IMG/VR virus record: IMGVR_UViG_3300016476_000657
Location: 6,583-70,582 of that record
From: a virus
DNA: 64,000 bases
Direction: 5' to 3' (one strand)
This document shows, in pieces, positions 53,216-62,677 of this stretch (the first letter of the stretch is position 1; every line of letters begins with the position of its first letter). The notes below the pieces were generated by a model, which saw nothing but the letters and a program-made list of their open reading frames with translations, did no database searches and was not told where the DNA came from. A program made the position numbers and the translations under genes.

Positions 53216-55234
53216 ATGTCGCTGTCATATAGATCAAGTCAGATAAAATTAAATTATCCAAATAAGGTACTAGGTGTAAGTGTTAGTTCTATTGCAGGTA
53301 CTGAGTACTGGCCTTTTGCAAACGGCAGCGGAGACTTGTGGTATGAAGGATCAGCAAGTAAAAAATATTATCGCTGGCAGATTACCTTCAGCGTAACAGC
53401 ACAAAATCACGGCAGTCACTTAACTCGCGATGACTTTCAGTATAACGGTCTAGATGTTCAAGTAGGTGATTGGATCGCCGGTGCTACTGACGGTAAGTGC
53501 TTAAAAATTATTAGTATTAGTGCAAAGACAAGAACAAGTGTAACCTGCGTAGTTGAAGATTGGTTACGCTATAATACATTTGCTATTACTACAGGTAATG
53601 GTATTTTTGGTACAGGTGCAGCGGTTGTATTTACTCTGAATGAAAATGGTTATCCAATGTTGGATCCATTACCTACCTCAGTTACCTCAGCTTTCTATCC
53701 AACTGTAATGAGTCGATTCCAATATTTGAATCCTCAAGTTAATTACGTATTAGAAAAAACTAATCATGGTTTTGTTAAAGGTGATGTTATTGCAGTTACA
53801 GCTAATGGGTTTGAAAAAGCTAATGCATTAACAGCAGATAAAATGATTGGCGTTGTGACTGAAAGCGGTCCTGGTCCAAACTATTTTATGATTCTACCTA
53901 ACAACAGAATCATTGACTTTGATCCAAACATTCCTGGTGTGCAGGGTGACTACATTTATGTTGATACTAACGGTACACTAACTAACGTAACAACTTCAAC
54001 AGGCAAGGTTGCGTTTCTAAATATCCAGAGTCCAGTACCAACAGTATTAACTGGTAACAAGGGTAATCCTCAAATTTCATCTGGTTATGCTATTAGCATC
54101 AATGGCTATAGTGTAACTCTAACTGGTGCTAACGGTAACGCTAGTGTTAATGAAATTGTAAGTTTAATTAATACTCAGACATCTAATACACAAGTTGTAG
54201 CAACAGCACTACCTTTAGAACGTACGATTGTTAGTAATGAAGTAGAAGCAGTCTACGGACTAGTTGGCGGTTACACTCCATTTAGTGCATACTTTAATAC
54301 CGGTAGCGGAAATACTCTAGTTAACTTCACAACGAACGGTAGTGTGTATGCTGGTGTAAGCACACCGCAAGATATGGCTGCTGATATTAATGCAAAAAAT
54401 ATTGCTAACCTAGTAGTCAGTGCAACAGCAACCGTTTTAACATTAACTGAACTAAATGGTAATGCAATTACTATTACTAACGGTAATGCTGAAGGCGGCG
54501 GCTACTTCTTTGTAGGCCCAAGCAACGTTTCAGGTTTACCTGCAACTACACCTGCTACTAATGCAGCTAAACTTCGCTTAACTCGTAGCAATGGCGGCGA
54601 GATTCTAATCTACGAAGATAGTACATTGTGGCAAGATCAAACAGGCATCTTCAGCGGACACACTGGTAGTCTGCCACTTGCAATGAACATTGAGCAAGGT
54701 GTACGTACCGGTGGTACTACAGTTGTTGCAAATATCGCAGCACGTGATGCACTACAACCGGCAGCAGGTGACCAAGCCTATGTAGTTAATAAAGGCGACG
54801 GTGAATGGGGTCTATACTTGTATACTGGTAGTGCATGGGAGATGTTAGGCAACAAGGATAGCTCAACAGTTGATGCTAAGACTATGACAACTACCTTTAC
54901 CATGCCGGCAGCTGGCTTTGGTAATAGCACAACTCAAACACTAGGTAACATCAGCCCTGGACGTAAGATTGTTTCAGTAAGTATGGAGATTCATACAGCG
55001 TTTAGCGGCTATACTGGTAACATTCTGCCTAATATTGAAGTTGGTACAATTTCCGATCAAGACATGTTTGTTGACGATATAAGCAACGACTTAACAGATT
55101 CTAGTGTCGAATTTATTGTTCATCCCGAGTATGTTTACCCAGCAACAGAAGCACAAGACTTGCAAATTCGTGTTCGTTGCAACCACTATAGAGCCACTTC
55201 CGGAAACGTCACAGTTAAGCTGACTTACGTATAA
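53216..55234 (+). CDS. Large virion structural protein (baseplate/fibre-associated)
   Basis: 672 aa in late structural block; C-terminal beta-sandwich with IHTAF motif. Confidence 0.6.
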   Translation: MSLSYRSSQIKLNYPNKVLGVSVSSIAGTEYWPFANGSGDLWYEGSASKKYYRWQITFSVTAQNHGSHLTRDDFQYNGLDVQVGDWIAGATDGKCLKIISISAKTRTSVTCVVEDWLRYNTFAITTGNGIFGTGAAVVFTLNENGYPMLDPLPTSVTSAFYPTVMSRFQYLNPQVNYVLEKTNHGFVKGDVIAVTANGFEKANALTADKMIGVVTESGPGPNYFMILPNNRIIDFDPNIPGVQGDYIYVDTNGTLTNVTTSTGKVAFLNIQSPVPTVLTGNKGNPQISSGYAISINGYSVTLTGANGNASVNEIVSLINTQTSNTQVVATALPLERTIVSNEVEAVYGLVGGYTPFSAYFNTGSGNTLVNFTTNGSVYAGVSTPQDMAADINAKNIANLVVSATATVLTLTELNGNAITITNGNAEGGGYFFVGPSNVSGLPATTPATNAAKLRLTRSNGGEILIYEDSTLWQDQTGIFSGHTGSLPLAMNIEQGVRTGGTTVVANIAARDALQPAAGDQAYVVNKGDGEWGLYLYTGSAWEMLGNKDSSTVDAKTMTTTFTMPAAGFGNSTTQTLGNISPGRKIVSVSMEIHTAFSGYTGNILPNIEVGTISDQDMFVDDISNDLTDSSVEFIVHPEYVYPATEAQDLQIRVRCNHYRATSGNVTVKLTYV

Positions 55235-55248
55235 AATTCCCGTTTTCT

Positions 55249-55256
55249 GATAAATA
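55249..55256 (+). promoter_or_regulatory. T4-late-like promoter GATAAATA
   Basis: Intergenic. Confidence 0.6.
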
Positions 55257-55307
55257 TCAGTAACGATTCACAGTCGTTACAATAATACGTATTATTAGGA
55301 GAAACTA

Positions 55308-58300
55308 ATGGCTGATATTAAGAACTTTGGTATCAAGGGTCTTGCAGCTGACGTTCAGATGGGTAAGAGTGGTGGTCGTCTAAAGTATGACGCCGCTAAC
55401 AATAGATTTGATTTTACCCAAAGCAATGGTTCTACACTCGAAGACGTTCGTTTTGGTAGTGTTGTTGCTGGTACCTGGACAGGTTCGGCGGTAGGTGCAC
55501 AGTACGGTGGTACTGGACAAGACCTAAGTGGTTCTACAGGTGTTCTACAGTTTAGCAACGGTACAGCAAGTGCCGCGGCAGTAGACTTATCTGATAGCAA
55601 CTATGTAACAGGCGTACTAAGCGTTGCAAACGGCGGTACTGGTGCAAGCACTGAATCAGGTGCTAGAACTTCACTAGGACTAGGCAGCATTGCAACTCAA
55701 GACGCAAATAATATTTCACTAACTGGTGGTTCACTGGACGGTGTTACAATTGGTGGTAGCACAGCGGCGGCTGGTAGCTTCACTACATTAAGCGCAACTA
55801 GCGGAATTACTGGTGATTTAACCGGTGACGTAACCGGTACAGCAGATTTTGCTGATTCACTTTCAAGTGCAGTAACAATTAACATTAGCAGCGATGCAAC
55901 AGGTTCAGCTACTTTCTCAGCAGCAGGCGATCAAGCTAACATCAGCCTAACACTAGCAAACAGCGGTGTTACAGCTGGTTCATATGGTGACTCATCAAGC
56001 ATTCCAGTAATTACTGTCGATGCTAAGGGTCGCGTTACAAGCGTAAGCACTCAGTCAATTTCAACAAGCTGGGACGTTGCTGGCGATAGCGGTTCATACA
56101 CTGTAGCAGGCGGTTCAACACTAGACATCGTTGGTGCTAGTGGTCAAATTGCAACTTCTGTAACTTCAGGTCAAATTGAAATTGGTATCGTTGATGGCGC
56201 AAGTATTGCTAACCTAACAGTTACTGGTACATTCACATCAGACGATATTACTTCAAGTCAGGTTACTGTACAGGGCGATGCAATCATCACAGGTAACTTA
56301 ACTGTTCAGGGTCAACAGACAATTGTTGAATCAACAACAGTAAGCACAGGTGATGCAGTTGTTCGTGTTAACAGCGACGGACAAGTAGTTAGCGCAGGTT
56401 TAGAAGCTAACGTTGGTGGTACTATTGAGAGCGTTCTTTACGTTCCAACCAGCAGCCGTTGGGAACTAAGCGGTGACGTTTACACAGCAGGCGGTGTTGA
56501 AGCTGCTACATTCACCGGTGACTTAACTGGTGATGTTGTTGGTAACTTAACTGGTGATGTAACTGGTACAGTTAGCGACATCAGCAACCACAGCACAACT
56601 GATCTTGCAGAAGGTACAAACCTTTACTACACCACTGCTCGTGCAAACAGTGCAATGGATGCATACCTAATTGGTGGTACAGGCTTAACTTATACTTCAG
56701 GTACAATTGATCTAGATGATACCGCAGTTGCCGCAGGCACATACGGTAGTGCTACTCAGATCCCAACCTTTACTGTTGACGCACAAGGTCGTTTAACATC
56801 AGCAAGCAACGTAAGTATTTCAACTTACTGGACACTAGCTGGTGATACTGGCACAAGCCAGATCGACGGTGCTGACACTGCAACAGTTGCTGGTGGTACA
56901 AACATCACAACTAGCGTAAGCGGTGATACAGTAACAGTTGACCTAGATGCTAATATTAACTTAACAAGCGTAACAGCAACTGGCACAGTAACAGCAGATA
57001 CATTTACTGATGGTACTTTAACAATTGCTGATGGTGACATCACTGGTGCTGGTGACGGCTTCTTCAGTGGTAACCTACAAGGTGATACCATTTCAGATGG
57101 CTTCTTAGACATCAATGCAGGTAATATCAGCAGCGCAGTTAACGGTACATTCAGTGGCACAGTAACTGGTGGTAGCCTAACAGATGGTACTGCTACTTTA
57201 ACAGGTGGTGACCTTTCAGTTGTTGATATCACAGCAACTGGTGACGTAACTGTAACAGGTAACGTTTCAGCAGCAGACGTAACAGCAACTGGTACAGTTA
57301 ACTTTGGTTCACTAAGTGACGGTTCAATCACAATCACTGGCTTTGTCGATGAAGACAACATGGCTAGCGATAGTGCTTCACTAATCCCAACACAGCAAAG
57401 TGTTAAGGCTTATGTTGATGCACAACTAGGTGCAAGCGCACTTGATATTGCTGGCGACAGTGGTAGTGATACAGTTGACCTAGATACTCAAACACTAACA
57501 ATTGCTGGTGGTACTGGTCTAAGCTCAAGCGTAAGTGGTCAAACAGTTACACTCGATCTAGACGATACCGCAGTTACAGCAGCTAGCTACGGCGCAGCAG
57601 GTAGTGTTGCAACTTTCACAGTTGATGCACAAGGTCGTTTAACAGCAGCAAGTGATGTTGCAATCGACATTACAGCTAGCCAAGTTAATGACTTTAACTC
57701 AGCAGTTGACAGTCACTTATCAGGCGGTACAGGCATTACCTATACCAACGGTACGATTGACCTGGACGACACAGCAGTAACAGCTGGAACTTATGGTAGT
57801 GCAACTAACATTCCACAGTTCACAGTTGATGCACAAGGTCGTATTACCGCAGCAAGCAACATTGCAGTAGCAACTAACTTCACCATTGCTGGTGATAACG
57901 GTAGCAGCGATGTTGTTAACGGTGGTGAGACTCTAACTGTTGTAGGTACAAGCGGTCAAATCGAAACAACAATTACTAACAACAGCATTGAAGTTGGTAT
58001 TGTTGACGGTGCAAGTATTGCTAACCTAACTGTTACTGGCACATTTACCTCAGACGACATTACTTCAAGTACTGTTACAGTAACAGGTGATGCTGTTATT
58101 ACGGGTAACTTAACTGTACAGGGTCAGCAAACTATTGTTGATTCAACAACAGTTCAAACTGCTGATGCAGTATTCCGTGTTAACAGCAACGGTACAACTG
58201 GTACTAACGTAGGTTTTGAAGCCAACGTTGGCGGCAGCATGAAGCAGATCCTTTACACTACAGCTAGTGAGTGGGACTTTGGTTCAGAGAACGTTAAGGC

Positions 58301-59276
58301 AAGCACTTTTGAAGGTGACCTAGTTGGTAACGCTGATACAGCAACCGCACTAGAAACAGCACGTGACTTCAGTGCAAGCGGCGATGCTACAGCATCAGCA
58401 GTTAGCTTTGATGGTACAGGTGCAGTTGATCTAGCACTAACACTTGCAACTGTTAACAGTGACGTTGGTACTTACGGTAACGCTACATTAATCCCAAGCA
58501 TTACAGTTAATGCTAAGGGTCTTATTACTGGTGTAACAACTAACGCAGTAGCTAGCGATCTAAGCATCGCAGGCGACAGCGGTAGTGATTCAGTAAGCCT
58601 ACTAAATCAAAGCCTAACAATTGCTGGTGGTACAAACCTAACATCAAGTGTAAGCGGTCAAACCGTAACAGTTGATCTAGACAACGATATCACACTAAGC
58701 GGCAACGTTACAGCAGCAGCACTTATTGGTGACTTAACTGGTAACGTTACAGCAACCGGTGCAGTACAGTTTGGTTCACTAAGTGATGGTACAACAAGTA
58801 TCACTGACTTTGTAACTGAAGCTGGCGGCATTGCAAACAGCGATAACGATACTAGCGTTCCAACAACAGCAGCCGTTATTGACTATGTTGCTAATAACTC
58901 AGGCGATGGTCTACTACTACGTAGCACATTCACTGCTGATGGTAGCGCAACTAGCTTCACAGCTGGTACAGTACCAAACGTAAGTGGACGTACATACTAT
59001 GCTGAAAAGGTTGTTATCAAGGTTGGTACAGCATTCAGCGGTGGTAGCTTCAACCATATCCTAATTAAGGAAAACGGTGGTAGTGGTGCAGTTCTAGTAG
59101 CAGCAGATGATGCTGATGCAGCAACACAAGGCACTTACATTGTTGAGCTAGACGGTGATTTAACACTTACAAAGAATGCAGGTGTTGAAGTACTATTCAA
59201 GCAGAGCGATGGTACAACCGCAGCAGCTACCTCAGCAGGTAGCATGACTGTAAGCATACACTATAAGTACGTGTAA
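55308..59276 (+). CDS. Very long repeat-rich virion fibre/filament protein (1322 aa)
   Basis: AGGAG RBS; five G.YG....TV...G..T units, repeated IAGDSG units, duplicated ~65-aa block. Confidence 0.7.
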   Translation: MADIKNFGIKGLAADVQMGKSGGRLKYDAANNRFDFTQSNGSTLEDVRFGSVVAGTWTGSAVGAQYGGTGQDLSGSTGVLQFSNGTASAAAVDLSDSNYVTGVLSVANGGTGASTESGARTSLGLGSIATQDANNISLTGGSLDGVTIGGSTAAAGSFTTLSATSGITGDLTGDVTGTADFADSLSSAVTINISSDATGSATFSAAGDQANISLTLANSGVTAGSYGDSSSIPVITVDAKGRVTSVSTQSISTSWDVAGDSGSYTVAGGSTLDIVGASGQIATSVTSGQIEIGIVDGASIANLTVTGTFTSDDITSSQVTVQGDAIITGNLTVQGQQTIVESTTVSTGDAVVRVNSDGQVVSAGLEANVGGTIESVLYVPTSSRWELSGDVYTAGGVEAATFTGDLTGDVVGNLTGDVTGTVSDISNHSTTDLAEGTNLYYTTARANSAMDAYLIGGTGLTYTSGTIDLDDTAVAAGTYGSATQIPTFTVDAQGRLTSASNVSISTYWTLAGDTGTSQIDGADTATVAGGTNITTSVSGDTVTVDLDANINLTSVTATGTVTADTFTDGTLTIADGDITGAGDGFFSGNLQGDTISDGFLDINAGNISSAVNGTFSGTVTGGSLTDGTATLTGGDLSVVDITATGDVTVTGNVSAADVTATGTVNFGSLSDGSITITGFVDEDNMASDSASLIPTQQSVKAYVDAQLGASALDIAGDSGSDTVDLDTQTLTIAGGTGLSSSVSGQTVTLDLDDTAVTAASYGAAGSVATFTVDAQGRLTAASDVAIDITASQVNDFNSAVDSHLSGGTGITYTNGTIDLDDTAVTAGTYGSATNIPQFTVDAQGRITAASNIAVATNFTIAGDNGSSDVVNGGETLTVVGTSGQIETTITNNSIEVGIVDGASIANLTVTGTFTSDDITSSTVTVTGDAVITGNLTVQGQQTIVDSTTVQTADAVFRVNSNGTTGTNVGFEANVGGSMKQILYTTASEWDFGSENVKASTFEGDLVGNADTATALETARDFSASGDATASAVSFDGTGAVDLALTLATVNSDVGTYGNATLIPSITVNAKGLITGVTTNAVASDLSIAGDSGSDSVSLLNQSLTIAGGTNLTSSVSGQTVTVDLDNDITLSGNVTAAALIGDLTGNVTATGAVQFGSLSDGTTSITDFVTEAGGIANSDNDTSVPTTAAVIDYVANNSGDGLLLRSTFTADGSATSFTAGTVPNVSGRTYYAEKVVIKVGTAFSGGSFNHILIKENGGSGAVLVAADDADAATQGTYIVELDGDLTLTKNAGVEVLFKQSDGTTAAATSAGSMTVSIHYKYV

Positions 59277-59305
59277 TAGTTAAAACTTTCGGGATGGGAA
59301 GTTTG

Positions 59306-59334
59306 GGAAGGGGTCGAAAGGCCCCTTCCTTTTT
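59306..59334 (+). terminator. Intrinsic terminator after the structural block
   Basis: GGAAGGGGTC-GAAA-GGCCCCTTCC followed by TTTTT. Confidence 0.85.
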
Positions 59335-59337
59335 GTC

Positions 59338-59925
59338 TTAATGCTTTTTAATAATAAAGCTATTGCAGAAGACTAGTGAGTCTGTGTCAGAGTTGTTTGG
59401 GGTGAATCCCCACGGTATGTGTGCTGGAATAAACACAATTTTATTTTGAAAAGGTTCAATGATATGGTCAAAACTTTGTACACCAGCAGGTGTTGAGTAA
59501 AGTTTTGAATTATGCATTTCTAAATATAGCTTTGGACCATTGGTCGGTGCGTTTAAGAAAACAACTGCTTGGTACCATCTGTGCGGGATAATCATTTGTG
59601 GTACACAGTGCTTAGGTTTAATACCATAGAGCCAACTTTCACAAATCTGAATGTCTTTGTTGTCATTGCCTAATCTAAAATGTGCAGTAGCTGATTCATA
59701 AAAAACGGAACCAATTAATTTATTAAGTTTTAGAATATTTTGCCCTAAGCGTACATTTCTATTTGTACACCAGCCAAAATTTGTTTCTAAAAAGTTATTA
59801 CTACCTCTAACTGACTGTACATCTGCTAAAACAGAGTTAGCCATAGTTTCGTCAATTTGTAGTTCTCCCTCAAATACCCAATCTGGGAACAAAGGATAGG
59901 TGGTCAATGTTGGGCCTAGTTTCAT
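59338..59925 (-). CDS. TIGR02466-like 2OG-Fe(II) oxygenase fold with degenerate metal ligands
   Basis: TYPLFP, ICESW, AVVFLNAP, KIVFIPAHIPW, LVFCNSF; CAT at 59923-59925 shows minus strand (track label is wrong). Confidence 0.6.
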   Translation of the reverse strand: MKLGPTLTTYPLFPDWVFEGELQIDETMANSVLADVQSVRGSNNFLETNFGWCTNRNVRLGQNILKLNKLIGSVFYESATAHFRLGNDNKDIQICESWLYGIKPKHCVPQMIIPHRWYQAVVFLNAPTNGPKLYLEMHNSKLYSTPAGVQSFDHIIEPFQNKIVFIPAHIPWGFTPNNSDTDSLVFCNSFIIKKH

Positions 59926-59968
59926 GCTATTATTTACTGATAGTTGTGATATTTTTTCTACTTTTTGG

Positions 59969-59981
59969 TAAGTTGTTGATT
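59969..59981. promoter_or_regulatory. IHF consensus site
   Basis: TAAGTTGTTGATT. Confidence 0.55.
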
Positions 59982-60009
59982 TATAACAGACTGTTTCGCT
60001 TAAAAGTGG

Positions 60010-60037
60010 TTGACACTATGGCTAAATCTGCTATACT
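60010..60037 (+). promoter_or_regulatory. Early sigma70-type promoter
   Basis: TTGACA-16-TATACT with TGC extension. Confidence 0.7.
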
Positions 60038-60069
60038 ACATAAGTAGGATGAGAGTCAAGGAGTGAAGA

Positions 60070-60345
60070 ATGCTTTATACTGTTGAAATTTACAAGACGG
60101 ACAAGCGCACTAAGGCTGGTGAACGTCTGGTTGGTAAGTATGACTTCGATCGTAAGGATCGCGCTGCTATCGAGCGTGAGGTCAAGGAACTTTATCCCAC
60201 TTACAAGGTTGCGGATGGTTATCGTTTCAACATTGTTGAGACTATGGTAACTAAAGTAAATGCTATCTCTGGTAAGGCTTTCCAGGAGCGTTACGACACG
60301 CCCTACTACTGCTCTGCCTCTTCCGAATCTTATTGGAGCATGTGA
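60070..60345 (+). CDS. Conserved hypothetical phage protein
   Basis: AAGGAG RBS; YKTDKRTKAGER...ERYDTPYYCSASSESYWSM. Confidence 0.7.
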   Translation: MLYTVEIYKTDKRTKAGERLVGKYDFDRKDRAAIEREVKELYPTYKVADGYRFNIVETMVTKVNAISGKAFQERYDTPYYCSASSESYWSM

Positions 60346-60347
60346 TT

Positions 60348-60731
60348 ATGACTAAGATTGTTGCAAATGGTTGTTTCGGTGGCTTTGGTCTGTCTGAGGC
60401 CGCTGTTCGTCGCTATGCAGAGATTAAGGGTATTACACTTTATTCCCAGAAGGATTCAGGATTCACTGCTTGGTACCGGGTGCCAGTTGAAGAATATAAT
60501 GCTATTGAAGATTGGGAAGCTAAGAACGCTGCTTACTTTTCAGTTAGCGATATTGACCGTGCCGATCCCGCATTAGCTCAGGTTGTTGAAGAACTCGGTA
60601 AGGCTGCTAATGATACTTTTGCTGATCTTTACATTGTCGATGTTCCTGCTGGTACTAAGTACCGCATCGATGAATACGATGGCAGCGAATCGGTAATGAC
60701 TATTGATGATTATGAATGGAGCGTAGCATAA
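60348..60731 (+). CDS. Conserved hypothetical phage protein
   Basis: CFGGFGLSEAA...RADPALAQVVEELG...YRIDEYDGSE. Confidence 0.7.
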   Translation: MTKIVANGCFGGFGLSEAAVRRYAEIKGITLYSQKDSGFTAWYRVPVEEYNAIEDWEAKNAAYFSVSDIDRADPALAQVVEELGKAANDTFADLYIVDVPAGTKYRIDEYDGSESVMTIDDYEWSVA

Positions 60732-60961
60732 TGACTGTTGAATACAACGGCAAGACATACGATGATCGCCATGGCGGTCCATTTGATCGCGGCAGTGCTG
60801 ACAGCTACTATGGTCGTCCTTTCCGACCTCACTACTTTCTAGGTGCTACCTATTCTACTCCGGAGGTCATTCCAGAGGAAGGTAGCGCAGAGTACGAAGA
60901 ATATGAAGCTGGCTTCATGTTTAACGAAATGGAACAGAACTTTAAAGATTGGGGTCGTTAA
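60731..60961 (+). CDS. Conserved hypothetical phage protein
   Basis: RHGGPFDRGSADSYYGR. Confidence 0.7.
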   Translation: MTVEYNGKTYDDRHGGPFDRGSADSYYGRPFRPHYFLGATYSTPEVIPEEGSAEYEEYEAGFMFNEMEQNFKDWGR

Positions 60962-60963
60962 TA

Positions 60964-61557
60964 GTGCGTGTAAATAAAAACAAGATTATTTTAACTGACG
61001 TTGACGGCGTCTTACTAGACTGGGAAGAGGGCTTCTCGGTTTGGATGGAGCATCACGGTTACAAGACTGTTGAAGGCTTCAAGAAGATGTATAAGATTGG
61101 TGAACGTTACGGTATTACTAGCAACGAAGGGCATCGTCAGGTGCGTATCTTTAACGAGAGCGCAGCTATTGGATTTCTTCCTCCGGTCCGTGATGCACAG
61201 TATTACATTAAGATGCTTGCCGAAAAGCATCAGTATCGTTTCCTTGCTGTCACTTCGCTGAGTACTGATCCATATGCTAAGGAACTACGGGTACGTAACC
61301 TTAAGAAGCTGTTTGGTGATATCTTTATTGATGTTATTTGCCTAGACACTGGTGCTGACAAGGACGAGGTTCTTGAAGAACTAGCCCAGACCTATAAGGG
61401 TAACTGGTGGGTTGAGGACAAGCCCGAAAACGTTGATGCTGGAGTTGCAGCCGGGTTCAAGGGTATTCTAGTAGAGCACGGTCACAACATGCACTACGAA
61501 GGCGATGCAGTTGTTGCTAAAACTTGGGAGGAGATTTACAATGTCATCACTAATTGA
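60964..61557 (+). CDS. HAD-family 5'(3')-nucleotidase-like phosphatase
   Basis: ILTDVDGVLLDW, WWVEDKPENVDAG. Confidence 0.75.
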   Translation: MRVNKNKIILTDVDGVLLDWEEGFSVWMEHHGYKTVEGFKKMYKIGERYGITSNEGHRQVRIFNESAAIGFLPPVRDAQYYIKMLAEKHQYRFLAVTSLSTDPYAKELRVRNLKKLFGDIFIDVICLDTGADKDEVLEELAQTYKGNWWVEDKPENVDAGVAAGFKGILVEHGHNMHYEGDAVVAKTWEEIYNVITN

Positions 61558-62203
61558 TTTCAATACTAAGGAAGTAGTTGCAGTTTCTTGTGCTGTTGAT
61601 CGGATCAATGGCTTTGTAAAAAAGAGCGATGTAGGTTTCGGCACTAACACTGATAAGAAGCCTAACGTGCATTTCCTCTATCAGCACTTTTGCAATAATG
61701 AAATTGTCGAAGTAACCGAGGCTGACATCGAGATGGCCGATGAGATCATTGACTACCTAAAGGGTCTTAGTTTCAAAGCACTAGAGCGTAAGCTAACTGA
61801 GTTTGAAACTAATGTTCTAAACTTTGTAGGCGCTGAAACTGTAAATAAGAATCAGCTGGGCATTGCTGCTAGCCTCCCAAATGTATACCGTAATAAGCTA
61901 GAAGCTGATGTATGGACAGCTCGAGAAGCAGAGCTTGGCCGTACTAGCGAATACGTAGGTGCTGTTGGCAGTCGTAGCGACTTTGTCGCTAAGGTAGAAA
62001 ACCTTCGATACATTGGAAAGACTATGTCTTACCTAGTAAGTTGTAGCGTTGATGATAAGCATATTCTCAAGTTCTTCAGCGTTGATCGTGTTGGTGAAGT
62101 AGGTGATGTTATTAATGTAACTGGCTTTGTTAAAAGTCAGTCCGTTAGTAAATACAGTAATGCCAAAGAAACAATGATTAATAGGGTTAAGATTACCAAG
62201 TAA
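61541..62203 (+). CDS. Conserved hypothetical phage protein
   Basis: GGAG RBS; LGIAASLP...ETMINRVKI. Confidence 0.65.
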   Translation: MSSLIDFNTKEVVAVSCAVDRINGFVKKSDVGFGTNTDKKPNVHFLYQHFCNNEIVEVTEADIEMADEIIDYLKGLSFKALERKLTEFETNVLNFVGAETVNKNQLGIAASLPNVYRNKLEADVWTAREAELGRTSEYVGAVGSRSDFVAKVENLRYIGKTMSYLVSCSVDDKHILKFFSVDRVGEVGDVINVTGFVKSQSVSKYSNAKETMINRVKITK

Positions 62204-62220
62204 ATATATCGTATTGCAAT

Positions 62221-62249
62221 AAAAAGCCCCTTTAGTTAGGGGCTTTTTT
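62221..62249. terminator. Intrinsic terminator
   Basis: AAAAAGCCCC-TTTAGTTA-GGGGCTTTTTT. Confidence 0.85.
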
Positions 62250-62262
62250 GTATCCTCTTTTT

Positions 62263-62270
62263 GATAAATA
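62263..62270 (+). promoter_or_regulatory. T4-late-like promoter GATAAATA
   Basis: Intergenic after terminator. Confidence 0.6.
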
Positions 62271-62311
62271 GTATGTAGGATAGGTACATCACACCAATTA
62301 GAGGAGTTAAC

Positions 62312-62677
62312 ATGGCAGGTGGCAAAAGATTAGAAAGCGGATCAAAATACGCACAGTTCGACCACGATAATGACGGCGTTGTAACTGATGAGGAAATGAT
62401 CCAAGCAGAGAAACTAATGGCTTTAGAAGAAGAACGTATTCGTTTTGAAAACGAAGATAAGAAAGAAGATGCACAGCGTAACATGGCTTGGTTCGCACTT
62501 GCAGGTATGTTACTATACCCAGCATGTGTTGTAGCAGCAGAGTTCATCGGACTATCAAATGCTAGCCAAATCCTAGGCGATATGGCAGCTACTTACTTCG
62601 TATCGGTTGCAGCAATTGTTGCAGCGTTCTATGCTAAAGAAGGTTACGTTAAAGCTAAATCATCTGAAGAAGCATAA
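62312..62677 (+). CDS. EF-hand-loop-containing two-TM membrane protein
   Basis: DHDNDGVVTDEE canonical 12-residue loop; two C-terminal hydrophobic helices. Confidence 0.65.
   Translation: MAGGKRLESGSKYAQFDHDNDGVVTDEEMIQAEKLMALEEERIRFENEDKKEDAQRNMAWFALAGMLLYPACVVAAEFIGLSNASQILGDMAATYFVSVAAIVAAFYAKEGYVKAKSSEEA

Noticed and set aside
56185-58190. Possible diversity-generating retroelement TR/VR pair
   Set aside because: Differences are mostly synonymous and not adenine-specific, both copies are coding, and no reverse transcriptase is in the window
59338-59925. ORF track lists this ORF on +
   Set aside because: TTA at 59338 and CAT at 59923-59925 show it is a minus-strand gene
62312-62677. Holin call
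   Set aside because: Two TMs and late expression fit, but no endolysin is adjacent and I recognise no holin family motif
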